A stretch of DNA of 64,000 nt. It comes from a virus. The translations under genes were made by a program, and so were the position numbers. Location: the IMG/VR virus record IMGVR_UViG_3300023110_001773, positions 101,638-165,637 of that record. One strand, given 5' to 3'. The stretch's first letter is position 1. Every line of letters starts with the position of its first letter. The notes beneath the pieces were generated by a model. It had not been told where the DNA came from, did no database searches, and saw only the letters and a program-made list of their open reading frames with translations. Below are positions 40,750-50,458 of the stretch, piece by piece.

Positions 40750-41740
40750 GAATCAAACCCTCTGGAATTTCCATTTCTTTAAATTTTTCATGTATCAAAA
40801 AAACCGATTCAATCATAGTTGGCCATGGTCTGGGGATGTGTTTCGGAAATGGAGGAGGCCCAGTATCAGTTTTTGCAAAATTGAAAGCCCATTCAAAATT
40901 TTTCAATCTTATTTCTCTAGTAATATCCGATAATTCAGAAACTTCATATGTATTAATCAAATTATCAAGTTGTTCTATTATCATTTCACCACGTTTTTCG
41001 TTATCAATAACCCTATCGAAAGAGTAATCAATTTCTGGGTGTGGCGTATATCCACACATAAACAACCTTTGGTAAGTTTTTGGTGCTGCATAAATCAAAG
41101 GAATCTTTCCATATACAATTGGCCTAAAAGTTTTCTCTGTTAAAAAAATTACATTTTCATCTGTTTCGGTAACAAAATCAATCAAAACTCTCGGATAAAA
41201 TTCTGGGCACAATTCCCTCTCTGAATACCACTTAACAATTTTATAAACGTTTAATTTTTCTCCAGCATGATACTTACAATACTCATTAATAATAGGAGAT
41301 ATTTTTTTCCACAAAACATCTCTGTGGGGCCTTCTCCTAGCCCACATAGTAATAAATGAAATATCATGGTCAGAATTTAAATTTTTTTCTATGTCTTTCC
41401 AAAAAATCTCTTCAGAAATCTGGTAGTCTTTTCCTTGATGTAACATATAGTACCAAAAAACATACATCCACCACCAGTAATATACTCTGGCGTCAATCAG
41501 AGAAAATACTTTACATGGCATTTTGTTTACATCTAGGAATTTTATCTCGTTGTCATTTGGGTCTCTATAAGCTATTTCAATCTCTTGTGGCATATAAATA
41601 TTTACAATACTATCACGAGCTTCTCCAGTAGCCAACTTATATCCATTGATTAGGGTTTGTCCGTATACTGGGTACATAACCCCGTCAATGAACATACAAT
41701 ATCCTGCTGGATCAGCAGTACCCTCACCTTCAAACATCAT
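40739..41740 (-). CDS. Putative glycosyltransferase-like protein (paralog 3)
   Basis: RRPHR and FVTET..FLTEKTFRPI..IDYSFD motifs. Confidence 0.45.
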   Translation of the reverse strand: MMFEGEGTADPAGYCMFIDGVMYPVYGQTLINGYKLATGEARDSIVNIYMPQEIEIAYRDPNDNEIKFLDVNKMPCKVFSLIDARVYYWWWMYVFWYYMLHQGKDYQISEEIFWKDIEKNLNSDHDISFITMWARRRPHRDVLWKKISPIINEYCKYHAGEKLNVYKIVKWYSERELCPEFYPRVLIDFVTETDENVIFLTEKTFRPIVYGKIPLIYAAPKTYQRLFMCGYTPHPEIDYSFDRVIDNEKRGEMIIEQLDNLINTYEVSELSDITREIRLKNFEWAFNFAKTDTGPPPFPKHIPRPWPTMIESVFLIHEKFKEMEIPEGLILER

Positions 41741-42272
41741 AAAATCCGCTGACTTGTAAAGTATATTTGTTTGTCAACCCAGCGTTGCAACTTAGGTGGA
41801 GTGGTTCGCTGTCCCACAAATACCCCTCACCAGCATTCCAATGAGTACAACTAACCCAGTCATCCCCATGTTTGTACTGAAGAAAATGTCCTACTTGCCA
41901 GTCTTCTAAGAATATATTTGCCCTGACTTTTGGTCTATTATCATCTGGATAGAGATTTTTAAATTTGAAAAAAGTATCCCTGTGTAAAGTAACAACATTT
42001 CCAGGCGGTTGAAGAATTGCACTGATTGTTTTCACATCAATGTTTAAAAGACTTCCTATCTCCTTATAATCAATGTCATCTTCCGTCCACCAAATTTGTT
42101 GTATTCTTGTATTGTCTTCATGGTAAGATTCTGGAAATCCATCTCCAATAGTTTCATGAATGTCCGTCTGTTCTCTTTTTTGATAAGAAATACAACTGCC
42201 AAAATGTTGAGAGAAGTCACCATTTAAAAACTTATTCAGATCATAGTTGAAATTAATTTTTTGAAATATCAT
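41730..42272 (-). CDS. 2OG-Fe(II) oxygenase-like cupin
   Basis: QPPG..LHRD (HxD), distal H..N.G...KYTLQV. Confidence 0.7.
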   Translation of the reverse strand: MIFQKINFNYDLNKFLNGDFSQHFGSCISYQKREQTDIHETIGDGFPESYHEDNTRIQQIWWTEDDIDYKEIGSLLNIDVKTISAILQPPGNVVTLHRDTFFKFKNLYPDDNRPKVRANIFLEDWQVGHFLQYKHGDDWVSCTHWNAGEGYLWDSEPLHLSCNAGLTNKYTLQVSGFYDV

Positions 42273-42273
42273 T

Positions 42274-43767
42274 TTAGTACTCTGCTAATGGATCGTCTAT
42301 GTTTTTATTGTCTGGTTTCAACACCCACCCCTCTTCCTCTGCAATCTTTTTCAGATCGGGGTCATCGTCATATTGTCTTGTACTGTCACCATCAACCAAC
42401 TTTACGGCAATCGTCTCTGTATCTGGAATAGTATCAACCCAGTCAGTAAGAATTTCTGGAAATACATTGAGTGACTTATTTCGTCTCTCATCATACTGTT
42501 TGAAGAAAGTTTTAAAGTCTCTCCACAGAGTCATCTTGTCGCTGGTGCGTCTGTGTGGTGCATCAACTGTAACAAGATAGTCAATCAGTCTTTCGATGCT
42601 TGCCTTCTCGAAATCGTGCCACAGTGGTTGCTCTTTGACTGCGTTATACCAATCTTCCAACTGTTCCCGCAGATAGTCTTTTATATGATCTGGGAGTGCG
42701 AGCGGTGATTGAAAACTTGGAAAACGTAACAAGTTCACACTAACAACAGGTGCTTTTGTGCCAGTATGTAACTTCATCTCATAGACATCATCAAGGAACT
42801 CGGTGATACTAAACAAGCACAGACTATTGATGGTCATCATAATATTCAGTCCCTTCAGATTACAGTTGTCCATAATCTTGTACATGTTTTTCTTCCATGT
42901 ATCGTAGTGCAGTCCGTCACGAATGTAATCCGCTTGTAGTCCAGTCGCTTCACAACTAGTATACAAATGAAAGTCATTGACACCTTGACTTCGTTCAATT
43001 AGTCGGTCAATCAAACTATCTTTTGCCATGAGATTTGAGTTAATAGCAAAACGCATCTTGCTGGGATTATCATTGAACCAGTCGAACAACTTCCACACTT
43101 GGTCAGACATCAGTGGTTCACCACCAGTAATACGCAACTCTTCTAGACTGTCAGATAATCCGTCTTCCCACCAATCCCAAAAAGCCTTAATGTATGGATT
43201 GTCTTCATCTTTTGCATATGGTTCTGCCCATGCGCCGTCTTGTTGAAACGCAGCTGCACCATCCGACACCATGTTCTGATACGCACCCTTCTTGGTGATA
43301 TCTTTTGCCCATGTTGTAGAGAAAGATGCATTGCAATAAGAACAAGCCAACTGACAAGTACGGTCAAATGCAATCTCAAATGTTTTCAGATCAACACTTT
43401 CATTGTGATCCATTTCATATGCTTTCTGTAAGTCTGCATTTGAATAGATGATAGATTTAAACACACGATCAGACACGGCATCTTTGCCCATGTCTTCCAC
43501 TTTCCAGCAGTACTCACATTCTCGTGGTCGTTCTCCTCTCTGCATCATCTTACGCATCGCCTTCTTGTGGCGAGTGTTATGAATAGCAGATGGGTCTACA
43601 GCAATCTCTTCTAATGGAATCTTATGTGCTGGAGGGTGATGACAAGAAGCGGTAGTACCACTGCCTAGCCAAGTTGTAGCATTATACCACTTAGCACCAC
43701 AGAAACTTTCAGATTTTGTATCAAGAATATCTTTTCGATACTTAATCAAGTCAAATTCTTTACTCAT
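42274..43767 (-). CDS. N-terminal twitch-domain radical SAM protein 5 (CHH subtype)
   Basis: FCGAKW..SCHHP..CEYCW; CQLACSYC; TGGEP. Confidence 0.88.
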   Translation of the reverse strand: MSKEFDLIKYRKDILDTKSESFCGAKWYNATTWLGSGTTASCHHPPAHKIPLEEIAVDPSAIHNTRHKKAMRKMMQRGERPRECEYCWKVEDMGKDAVSDRVFKSIIYSNADLQKAYEMDHNESVDLKTFEIAFDRTCQLACSYCNASFSTTWAKDITKKGAYQNMVSDGAAAFQQDGAWAEPYAKDEDNPYIKAFWDWWEDGLSDSLEELRITGGEPLMSDQVWKLFDWFNDNPSKMRFAINSNLMAKDSLIDRLIERSQGVNDFHLYTSCEATGLQADYIRDGLHYDTWKKNMYKIMDNCNLKGLNIMMTINSLCLFSITEFLDDVYEMKLHTGTKAPVVSVNLLRFPSFQSPLALPDHIKDYLREQLEDWYNAVKEQPLWHDFEKASIERLIDYLVTVDAPHRRTSDKMTLWRDFKTFFKQYDERRNKSLNVFPEILTDWVDTIPDTETIAVKLVDGDSTRQYDDDPDLKKIAEEEGWVLKPDNKNIDDPLAEY

Positions 43768-45139
43768 CCCAATCCTCTAACAAATGTGCATACTGTGGAA
43801 AAGTGTTTCTAAAATCTTTCTGTCTTCTCTTGTCATACTCGGTTATGTACTTGACAAAATCACCTCTATGTTTATCAGCGACTTCGGTAATTCTAAGATA
43901 CTCACAGAATCTTTGTATTTGGTCAAACTCTTCAAGATAAATTCTGGCAAACTTATCTGGCGAGTAATACTTCAACCAAGACTCCGCCAAGTTTTCAATA
44001 TCACTAGCATAAGATATTCTCGTTATCTTATCAAGTAAAGTGCATTGCAAGTGAGGGGGAAATCTAAGATAATTCACACTTAGGGGTACTCTGTTATGTG
44101 CAAGGTCTCTATTGAATTCCACTCTGAGTTTCATAATGTCTTCGATGAAGTTACAAAACGTGGGCAGACTGAGAATGTTGAGTGTTGTCATGATTGCAAC
44201 ATTGGCATCAGTCTCATTCAAAACTCGTTGTACGTTTGCATACCAGTATCCATAATCCAACCCATCTCTGGCATACTCTGCCTGTCTACCCGTTGCCTCA
44301 CAACTTGTGTAAATTTCAATTTGTTTTACCTTGTCCTTCACCTTGTTCACAGAATCAATAAGTTTCTGTATGAGTCGAGGATCAGTTCCCAAATTACTAT
44401 TGATTGCAATAGACAGTTCTGGTTGGGCGTTATCGTAAATATAGTCCAACACCTTCCAGACATCTTTACTCATGGTGGGTTCGCCACCAGTGATTCGGAA
44501 AACTTTTAGATGCGGAAGTGCTTCTGGAAACCAATCCCAGAAAGCATCAACATATGGATTGGGATCAGAGTGTTTGTAAGGAAACTTTTCTGTCTCTCTC
44601 AAATAGTCTAAATTGTGAGAACCAAACTGCACTGGATACTCACCATTAGACTCAATGTCTTTCATCCACGTTGAGGATATCTCTGGTGAACAATAAGCGC
44701 AGGCAAAGTTACATGCGTTACTAAAAGACACCTCAAGGTAAGTCGGGTACACATCTTCCGTGGGATCACTGGTTGCAATGACATCAACCTTGTCCCAAGC
44801 CCACCAATCAGAAGTCTTGTAATGACGATCAGAAAAATGATCCTTGTCCTGATCTTCTATTCTCCAACAATAGTCACACTCACGAGGCCTCTCTCCATTA
44901 ATCATTTTTATTCTTTGCTGTTTTTTATAATTGCTATTGTGCAAAGCAGCAGGATTGATTTTAATCTCTGCAACAGGGATTTTGTGTGGAGATGGATGGT
45001 GACAAGAATGATTGTATCCGTTCTGCAACATCAAAGTAGTTTGCAACCACTTAGCAGAACAAAAAGACGGACTAATCTCGTTGATCTTAATTCGTTTTTC
45101 TTTTAGTACTTCAATCCAGTGTTCATTGGTTTGTGTCAT
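43760..45139 (-). CDS. N-terminal twitch-domain radical SAM protein 6 (CHH subtype)
   Basis: FCSAKW..SCHHP..CDYCW; CNFACAYC; TGGEP. Confidence 0.88.
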   Translation of the reverse strand: MTQTNEHWIEVLKEKRIKINEISPSFCSAKWLQTTLMLQNGYNHSCHHPSPHKIPVAEIKINPAALHNSNYKKQQRIKMINGERPRECDYCWRIEDQDKDHFSDRHYKTSDWWAWDKVDVIATSDPTEDVYPTYLEVSFSNACNFACAYCSPEISSTWMKDIESNGEYPVQFGSHNLDYLRETEKFPYKHSDPNPYVDAFWDWFPEALPHLKVFRITGGEPTMSKDVWKVLDYIYDNAQPELSIAINSNLGTDPRLIQKLIDSVNKVKDKVKQIEIYTSCEATGRQAEYARDGLDYGYWYANVQRVLNETDANVAIMTTLNILSLPTFCNFIEDIMKLRVEFNRDLAHNRVPLSVNYLRFPPHLQCTLLDKITRISYASDIENLAESWLKYYSPDKFARIYLEEFDQIQRFCEYLRITEVADKHRGDFVKYITEYDKRRQKDFRNTFPQYAHLLEDWDE

Positions 45140-46443
45140 GATATCTCATCATAAAAATATTGTAATTCTGGAAACGCATCATGCCAACTAACATTTCTGC
45201 GTTTATCGTGTTCATCGACAAAAAGTTTAAAATCTTTTCTATGAGTATTTAGGTCTTCTTCAACAAACCTATTTTTTTCTACCCATTTAACAACAGTTTT
45301 AAATTTTTGCAACTCACCAGAATTAAATTTTAAATTGTCGCCGTCATCCGTATTCTGTTCCATGAATTTTTCAGCATCTTTCAACATATTCATCATATTG
45401 TCGTCAAGTATTAAAGCAGAAAGATGTTTGGGATTTGTCATATAAGGAGTATCAAGTTTTACATCGCCAAGTCTTTTTAATTCCAAAACATATCCAAGAA
45501 ATTCTTTGAACTTAGGAATACTCAGGAGATTAAATGTTACCATTAATCCAACTGGAATACTAGCATTCAAAATTTGAACCAGATTGATTTCAAATGTTTT
45601 CCAATTCAGTCCGTGGCGAATCCATTCTGCCTGTTCACCCAAAGTATCAACACTGGCATAAATCTTGGGTGACTTCATCTCGGACATGGTTTTTATTATT
45701 CTATCAACCCGTCTCGTAGAAACAGATAGGTTGCTGTTGACATGAAATGCAATATTTTCTCCGTTGGGATGATTGCGAATAAACTTTGCCAGTTTGAATG
45801 TATGTTCGCTCAACAAAGGTTCGCCGCCAGTAATCCTAATTACTTGTAAGTGCATGACTGCTTCTCTTATCCACTTCCAAAACTTGTCATACATTTCACT
45901 GTTTTCTGGCCACAAGTTTTCTCTTCCATGAGAAACATACTGGGAATTGTTTTCTGGGTGTATCAAAGGATACTCGCCAAATTTTTTGATTTCTTCGTGC
46001 AATGAAGAACTGTTCTGCGTGGAACAATAACTGCACTTCATCTGACACTTGTTACTAAAACTCATCTCCAAGTATTTTGGATATACTGGTTCGTCCCACT
46101 GCATCCTAGCAGTAGTCTCAATAATATCTGATTGCATCTCCGTGTATATTGGAGTTAATGCAATCCTCGGACTAATAGAACCACTGTCTTCAACATTCCA
46201 ACAATAAAAACACTCCACTGGGCGACCACCTTCCAGCATTGCTTTTCTTTGTCGCATCTTTTGTTCTGTGTTGTGGAAGTCTTCTTCCAAATTTATGTGT
46301 CTTTGTGGACAATGGAAACAAGAATGACTTTGAGCAGAACTGAGATGCATTTCCAAATGATGCCATTTGAGCACACAAAATCCAGGCCCGACTTTATCGT
46401 ACCTGTCCTGCAACTCTTTGTAATATTCAACGGGAGTTTTCAT
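45136..46443 (-). CDS. N-terminal twitch-domain radical SAM protein 7
   Basis: FCVLKW..SCFHC..CFYCW; CQMKCSYC; TGGEP. Confidence 0.88.
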   Translation of the reverse strand: MKTPVEYYKELQDRYDKVGPGFCVLKWHHLEMHLSSAQSHSCFHCPQRHINLEEDFHNTEQKMRQRKAMLEGGRPVECFYCWNVEDSGSISPRIALTPIYTEMQSDIIETTARMQWDEPVYPKYLEMSFSNKCQMKCSYCSTQNSSSLHEEIKKFGEYPLIHPENNSQYVSHGRENLWPENSEMYDKFWKWIREAVMHLQVIRITGGEPLLSEHTFKLAKFIRNHPNGENIAFHVNSNLSVSTRRVDRIIKTMSEMKSPKIYASVDTLGEQAEWIRHGLNWKTFEINLVQILNASIPVGLMVTFNLLSIPKFKEFLGYVLELKRLGDVKLDTPYMTNPKHLSALILDDNMMNMLKDAEKFMEQNTDDGDNLKFNSGELQKFKTVVKWVEKNRFVEEDLNTHRKDFKLFVDEHDKRRNVSWHDAFPELQYFYDEIS

Positions 46444-47173
46444 TGTCTTCTAAAATTTGGGTGAACATGTTTTTATCAGAAATCAAATTTGCAAAATGTT
46501 TTGTGTCTTTTGGTAGACACTTGCCCCCAAATCCACGTTTACCATCTGGGCCGGGGACATCCCAATGTGTCCAACCAAATTCATTCTCAACCACATACAA
46601 TTTTTTTATATTATTGTAATCGGCACCATTTTTTTCACAAACATCATAAACATGATTTGCAAACATGACTCTAGCTGCAAGTAAAGAATTTCTACTCATC
46701 TTATATATCGCAGCTTCTCTGGGTGAGACACGATGAGCGGTTTTCATGAATGGCAAAGCGTACTGAAGGGCAAAAAAATCTTCTTCATCACTAGCACCAA
46801 TTATCACCGATTTGCGATGATCCATTGTATCCTCTTTCCAGTGATTTTCTCTCAAAAACTCCGGCATGTAAATCCAATCATCTTCCAATTGATCTGGGCC
46901 TAGAGTGCTTCTGACAACAATCTTACCACCACGGTTTGATTTGCTAGTTTTACTCCTAACTTCCCTAATAGCATCCTTGACTACAGATTTTGACAAACCC
47001 TTTTTGGTAAAATCATTAATAGGAGTTGGAACACAAATAAAAGTATATTGAACATCAGACCAAGATTTAATTTCATAACCCAAAGCTGGATCGTGTATCA
47101 AACACTCATGTTCACTAAAAAGCAATTCCGTTGATTTACCAACAAAACCATAACCAACTATAGCAATTTTCAT
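46427..47173 (-). CDS. Short UDP-glucose dehydrogenase-like protein (no C-terminal UDP-binding domain)
   Basis: GYGFVG, ICVPTP, PEFLRE, GFGGKCLPKD; ends shortly after the catalytic Cys. Confidence 0.85.
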   Translation of the reverse strand: MKIAIVGYGFVGKSTELLFSEHECLIHDPALGYEIKSWSDVQYTFICVPTPINDFTKKGLSKSVVKDAIREVRSKTSKSNRGGKIVVRSTLGPDQLEDDWIYMPEFLRENHWKEDTMDHRKSVIIGASDEEDFFALQYALPFMKTAHRVSPREAAIYKMSRNSLLAARVMFANHVYDVCEKNGADYNNIKKLYVVENEFGWTHWDVPGPDGKRGFGGKCLPKDTKHFANLISDKNMFTQILEDNENSR

Positions 47174-47763
47174 TCTTTGTAACCTGTCACCGTAAATCTT
47201 TTATATGTTGTATTGTTTGGGCCCGGCAGTTCCATTTCCTCTGCGTGTGTCACCGAACACTTGTTTCGCATAACAAAATCATCTAAATTATTAAAGGGTC
47301 TTATGTGTTCTGGTATGATTAAATTGTTGCCTTGCATGATAACAAAAGTACCGTCTGGAATATTGTTATACCAAGAATCAAAAGTTTCTTGATCAACGTG
47401 TTCCGTACTTGTATTGATAACAACATCTGGGTCTTTGTCGTAAGAAAAGTTTTTCATGTCGGCAGTAATAAAATTAACAAACTGACTAGAAAAATATTTG
47501 TTGCCGACTTCTTCACACTTTGCATCAACATCAATAGAGTTGACATCAGAGACAAACCTGTTATCTTCAATCATCTTTGCAAGGACGCCATACCACCCAC
47601 CGAAGATATAACATGGGCCGTGCAAGAATTCTGGGTAGAGTTCAATTACTCTTTCTTTGCTTTGTAATTGGGTATCCCAAAAACATTCTAGGAATCGTCT
47701 GTCGTCTGGGTTTTCTCTCATATAATTAAACCAAGAAGACATTGTATCAATAGAAAAAATCAA
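47170..47763 (-). CDS. Class I SAM-dependent methyltransferase-like protein
   Basis: FGGWYG..SIDVD..ADM..INTSTEH. Confidence 0.75.
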   Translation of the reverse strand: MIFSIDTMSSWFNYMRENPDDRRFLECFWDTQLQSKERVIELYPEFLHGPCYIFGGWYGVLAKMIEDNRFVSDVNSIDVDAKCEEVGNKYFSSQFVNFITADMKNFSYDKDPDVVINTSTEHVDQETFDSWYNNIPDGTFVIMQGNNLIIPEHIRPFNNLDDFVMRNKCSVTHAEEMELPGPNNTTYKRFTVTGYKE

Positions 47764-48377
47764 GATGTTCTCCTAACAACATTAGAAACTGGATTCCAAA
47801 CAAACCCATCTTCTAATGTCCAATAATAGATGTATTGCAGTAGATCACTATTTGAATCGACTTGAAAGAAATATCTATCGTCTGTTTTCAATGCTTTATA
47901 CCAATCACTATGCCACATATCCTTGATTTGTTTTTGCAACGGGGTAACTGCGGCACCAAATCTTTTATGTTGGTACATCAAATTTATCGCACGATTGTTG
48001 ATATCATGAGTAAAGTATAACACCTTAAACCCCCTTTGTCTAGCCCATTCTATCTGATAGGGTAGAATTGGTATACCCAACCATGCTGGTCTAAACTTCT
48101 TTGCAATGTGAAGTCTACATATTCTTGCGGATATTTCTGGGTCGCTGGTGTAATGACTGGATTCTGCCACACTAATACATGCAAGTTCACCATCTACATA
48201 AACCAACCAAGTTTCCCCATCAATGTTATCGGGATCATACTTGTCATAAGCTAAACTATCGTTGCCCTCTGCAAAGGACAATTCTCTAAAAGTTTCTACT
48301 TCTGATTTTTTATCTGGGGCGTATGTGGTTATTTCAAAGCCAGACATTCGATGTCTTCTTGGGATTTCAATGTCCAT
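47760..48377 (-). CDS. GNAT-family acyltransferase
   Basis: ARICRLHIAKKFR..QIEWARQRG..N motif. Confidence 0.65.
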   Translation of the reverse strand: MDIEIPRRHRMSGFEITTYAPDKKSEVETFRELSFAEGNDSLAYDKYDPDNIDGETWLVYVDGELACISVAESSHYTSDPEISARICRLHIAKKFRPAWLGIPILPYQIEWARQRGFKVLYFTHDINNRAINLMYQHKRFGAAVTPLQKQIKDMWHSDWYKALKTDDRYFFQVDSNSDLLQYIYYWTLEDGFVWNPVSNVVRRTS

Positions 48378-49027
48378 ACCAAAGCAACTCTATTCTCCGT
48401 TCCACGATTCTCCACGGAATGTCTAAATCCTGTATTTAAGAAGTAGACTGACCCATCCGCTTTGAGATTGTAAGATTGTTTCTCACCATTATACCAAAAA
48501 AAGTTTGTTGTCCCTTCTGTACCTGATATGGGACAAATGACACGAACGCCATAAGAAGGATCATAGTCAATATGGGGCGAGATATCTTTGCCTGGCTCCA
48601 GTAAGTGTATCCTAGCACGACACACTTCTGCTTTGAAATTTTCTGTAATAGCCTTTTCAAAATAACTCCCAGTATAATCTTCCAAAGGATAGTCCCACAA
48701 CATTTCATTTGCAGTTGGTGGTAAATTGTCACCCTTTGCGGATTTGTTTCTCACCCTCTCAATTTTTGATTTACCAATATCAGTAATTTCAAACTCTTCT
48801 GCCTTCTTCATATTTTCTGGAGACATTGACATCAGAGGTATTTCATGAAGAGTGCTGTAAATCTGTGCAAGGAAACCCTGATCGTGCAACTTGGTTATGC
48901 CTGGGTTTGCATCGTAAATATTCTGCCACTTGTCTCCTATACGAGACAATTCTTCTTTCATCATCCCAATATCAAACTTAATATTTGGAATTGGCGCACA
49001 GGCAGGCAACTGTCTTTTCTTAAGCAT
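48329..49027 (-). CDS. Aspartyl/asparaginyl beta-hydroxylase-like 2OG-Fe(II) oxygenase
   Basis: RARIHLLEPG..PHID..NTGFRHSVEN.G..RVALV. Confidence 0.8.
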   Translation of the reverse strand: MLKKRQLPACAPIPNIKFDIGMMKEELSRIGDKWQNIYDANPGITKLHDQGFLAQIYSTLHEIPLMSMSPENMKKAEEFEITDIGKSKIERVRNKSAKGDNLPPTANEMLWDYPLEDYTGSYFEKAITENFKAEVCRARIHLLEPGKDISPHIDYDPSYGVRVICPISGTEGTTNFFWYNGEKQSYNLKADGSVYFLNTGFRHSVENRGTENRVALVWTLKSQEDIECLALK

Positions 49028-49751
49028 GGAAAGGTTCTCTCAAAATAGCTGCATCGAAAACGTGACACATATAATTATTTTCATCCAATCCATCAATCCA
49101 ATGTACACCATTTACAGAATTGAATTCTAACAATAACATTTCACCTTTTTTTGGAAAGTCTATACTAACAACACCTTCATCTGGGACAGGAGTTATAAAT
49201 GGTAACCTTAACATATGGTATAAGTCCTTGTTCTCTACCCAAGGAGTGTTGTCGGTATGAAATATATGAAACTTTTCCGTGACTGGCAAATCTTGTTTCA
49301 ATGGATAGATGACCGTAAACGTTCTTCTATTTTCAACACCTTCAATAAAGTTTACCGCATGGGCGTGTTGAAAAAGTTTTGCGGTTGGGGGTCTGTATTG
49401 ATTATTTCCGAACAAAAAAGTAAACGATCCTTGTGCAGACTCTAGATAGTGTTGTACAGTTAATTTTGCTCTATCGTGTATCTCGTTAAAGGGGAAATCT
49501 TCAATCAATATTTTTTTGTCCGATTGAGATTGTACAGACTTTTCTCCATATGTATCCGTGAGAAAATAATAACTGGTATCAATAATTTCTTTCAGTTCAT
49601 CTTCTGGAATCATGCTGCAAATGTGTTGCAACACATGTTTTGGCATGTGTGGATGAGTTTCCAGTTGGTGTTTGTAGGGTATTCTTTCACAGATGGAAAA
49701 ATCAAATTCCACAAAAGGAAATTCAATATAATCATGATTAACTAAATTCAT
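49020..49751 (-). CDS. Putative cupin/2OG oxygenase-like protein
   Basis: HAH plus distal H with a beta-strand pattern; weak. Confidence 0.4.
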   Translation of the reverse strand: MNLVNHDYIEFPFVEFDFSICERIPYKHQLETHPHMPKHVLQHICSMIPEDELKEIIDTSYYFLTDTYGEKSVQSQSDKKILIEDFPFNEIHDRAKLTVQHYLESAQGSFTFLFGNNQYRPPTAKLFQHAHAVNFIEGVENRRTFTVIYPLKQDLPVTEKFHIFHTDNTPWVENKDLYHMLRLPFITPVPDEGVVSIDFPKKGEMLLLEFNSVNGVHWIDGLDENNYMCHVFDAAILREPFHA

Positions 49752-50458
49752 TTTGAAATCCTAAAAGTGTCCTCAAACAAACCTATCAACATGCCACCCA
49801 CATCATACTTGTGAAACTGCCAGTCCCACGGTTGTTTGTGATGATTTGAGTGATATCCTTCTCCAAGAGTAGCAATACCCAACCAATGATCGCTTCTGGG
49901 TTTTCCTCCACGGTGAGAGTGTATAAAGACAATTGATCCGATGAGTTTAGCAAATCCTGCTGGGGCCAACCATGCATAGATCACTGCAAATGGATCAATT
50001 AGGAAGAGTGTTGCAGCCCACACAACAATAACATGCCAGTAATATCGGTGTTGCGCTTTTAGAAAGTCATTTCTCAACAGATCAGTGACAAACTTCATTC
50101 TAGGTAAAGATTTTACCTGAGAAAAATAACAACGAATAAATCCACGATACTCAGGCGAGTGTGGGTCTTTTTCTGTATCAGCAAACTTGTGGTGTTCTCG
50201 GTGTTGTGCTGCCCATGCTAGTGCTGGCCCAACCATCATGATGTGAGCAAAAAAGGTCATCAAATAAACAAACCAATTTGGAGCAGTAAAACAATAGTGA
50301 GACCAATACCTATGATATCCTACTGTGATACCCAACATGATACCGCAATACATAAAGAATGTAATAGCCCACTCCATCGGAGTAGCAAAGAACATTCCTA
50401 ATACTGAAAGTTGTGCAATTACTTGTCCAGCAAGTAGTGAGTTTGGAGTTGGTTTCAT
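49748..50458 (-). CDS. Membrane fatty acid desaturase (delta9-type)
   Basis: His boxes HRYWSH, HREHH, HSNHH; DPHSP; GEGYH. Confidence 0.92.
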   Translation of the reverse strand: MKPTPNSLLAGQVIAQLSVLGMFFATPMEWAITFFMYCGIMLGITVGYHRYWSHYCFTAPNWFVYLMTFFAHIMMVGPALAWAAQHREHHKFADTEKDPHSPEYRGFIRCYFSQVKSLPRMKFVTDLLRNDFLKAQHRYYWHVIVVWAATLFLIDPFAVIYAWLAPAGFAKLIGSIVFIHSHRGGKPRSDHWLGIATLGEGYHSNHHKQPWDWQFHKYDVGGMLIGLFEDTFRISK

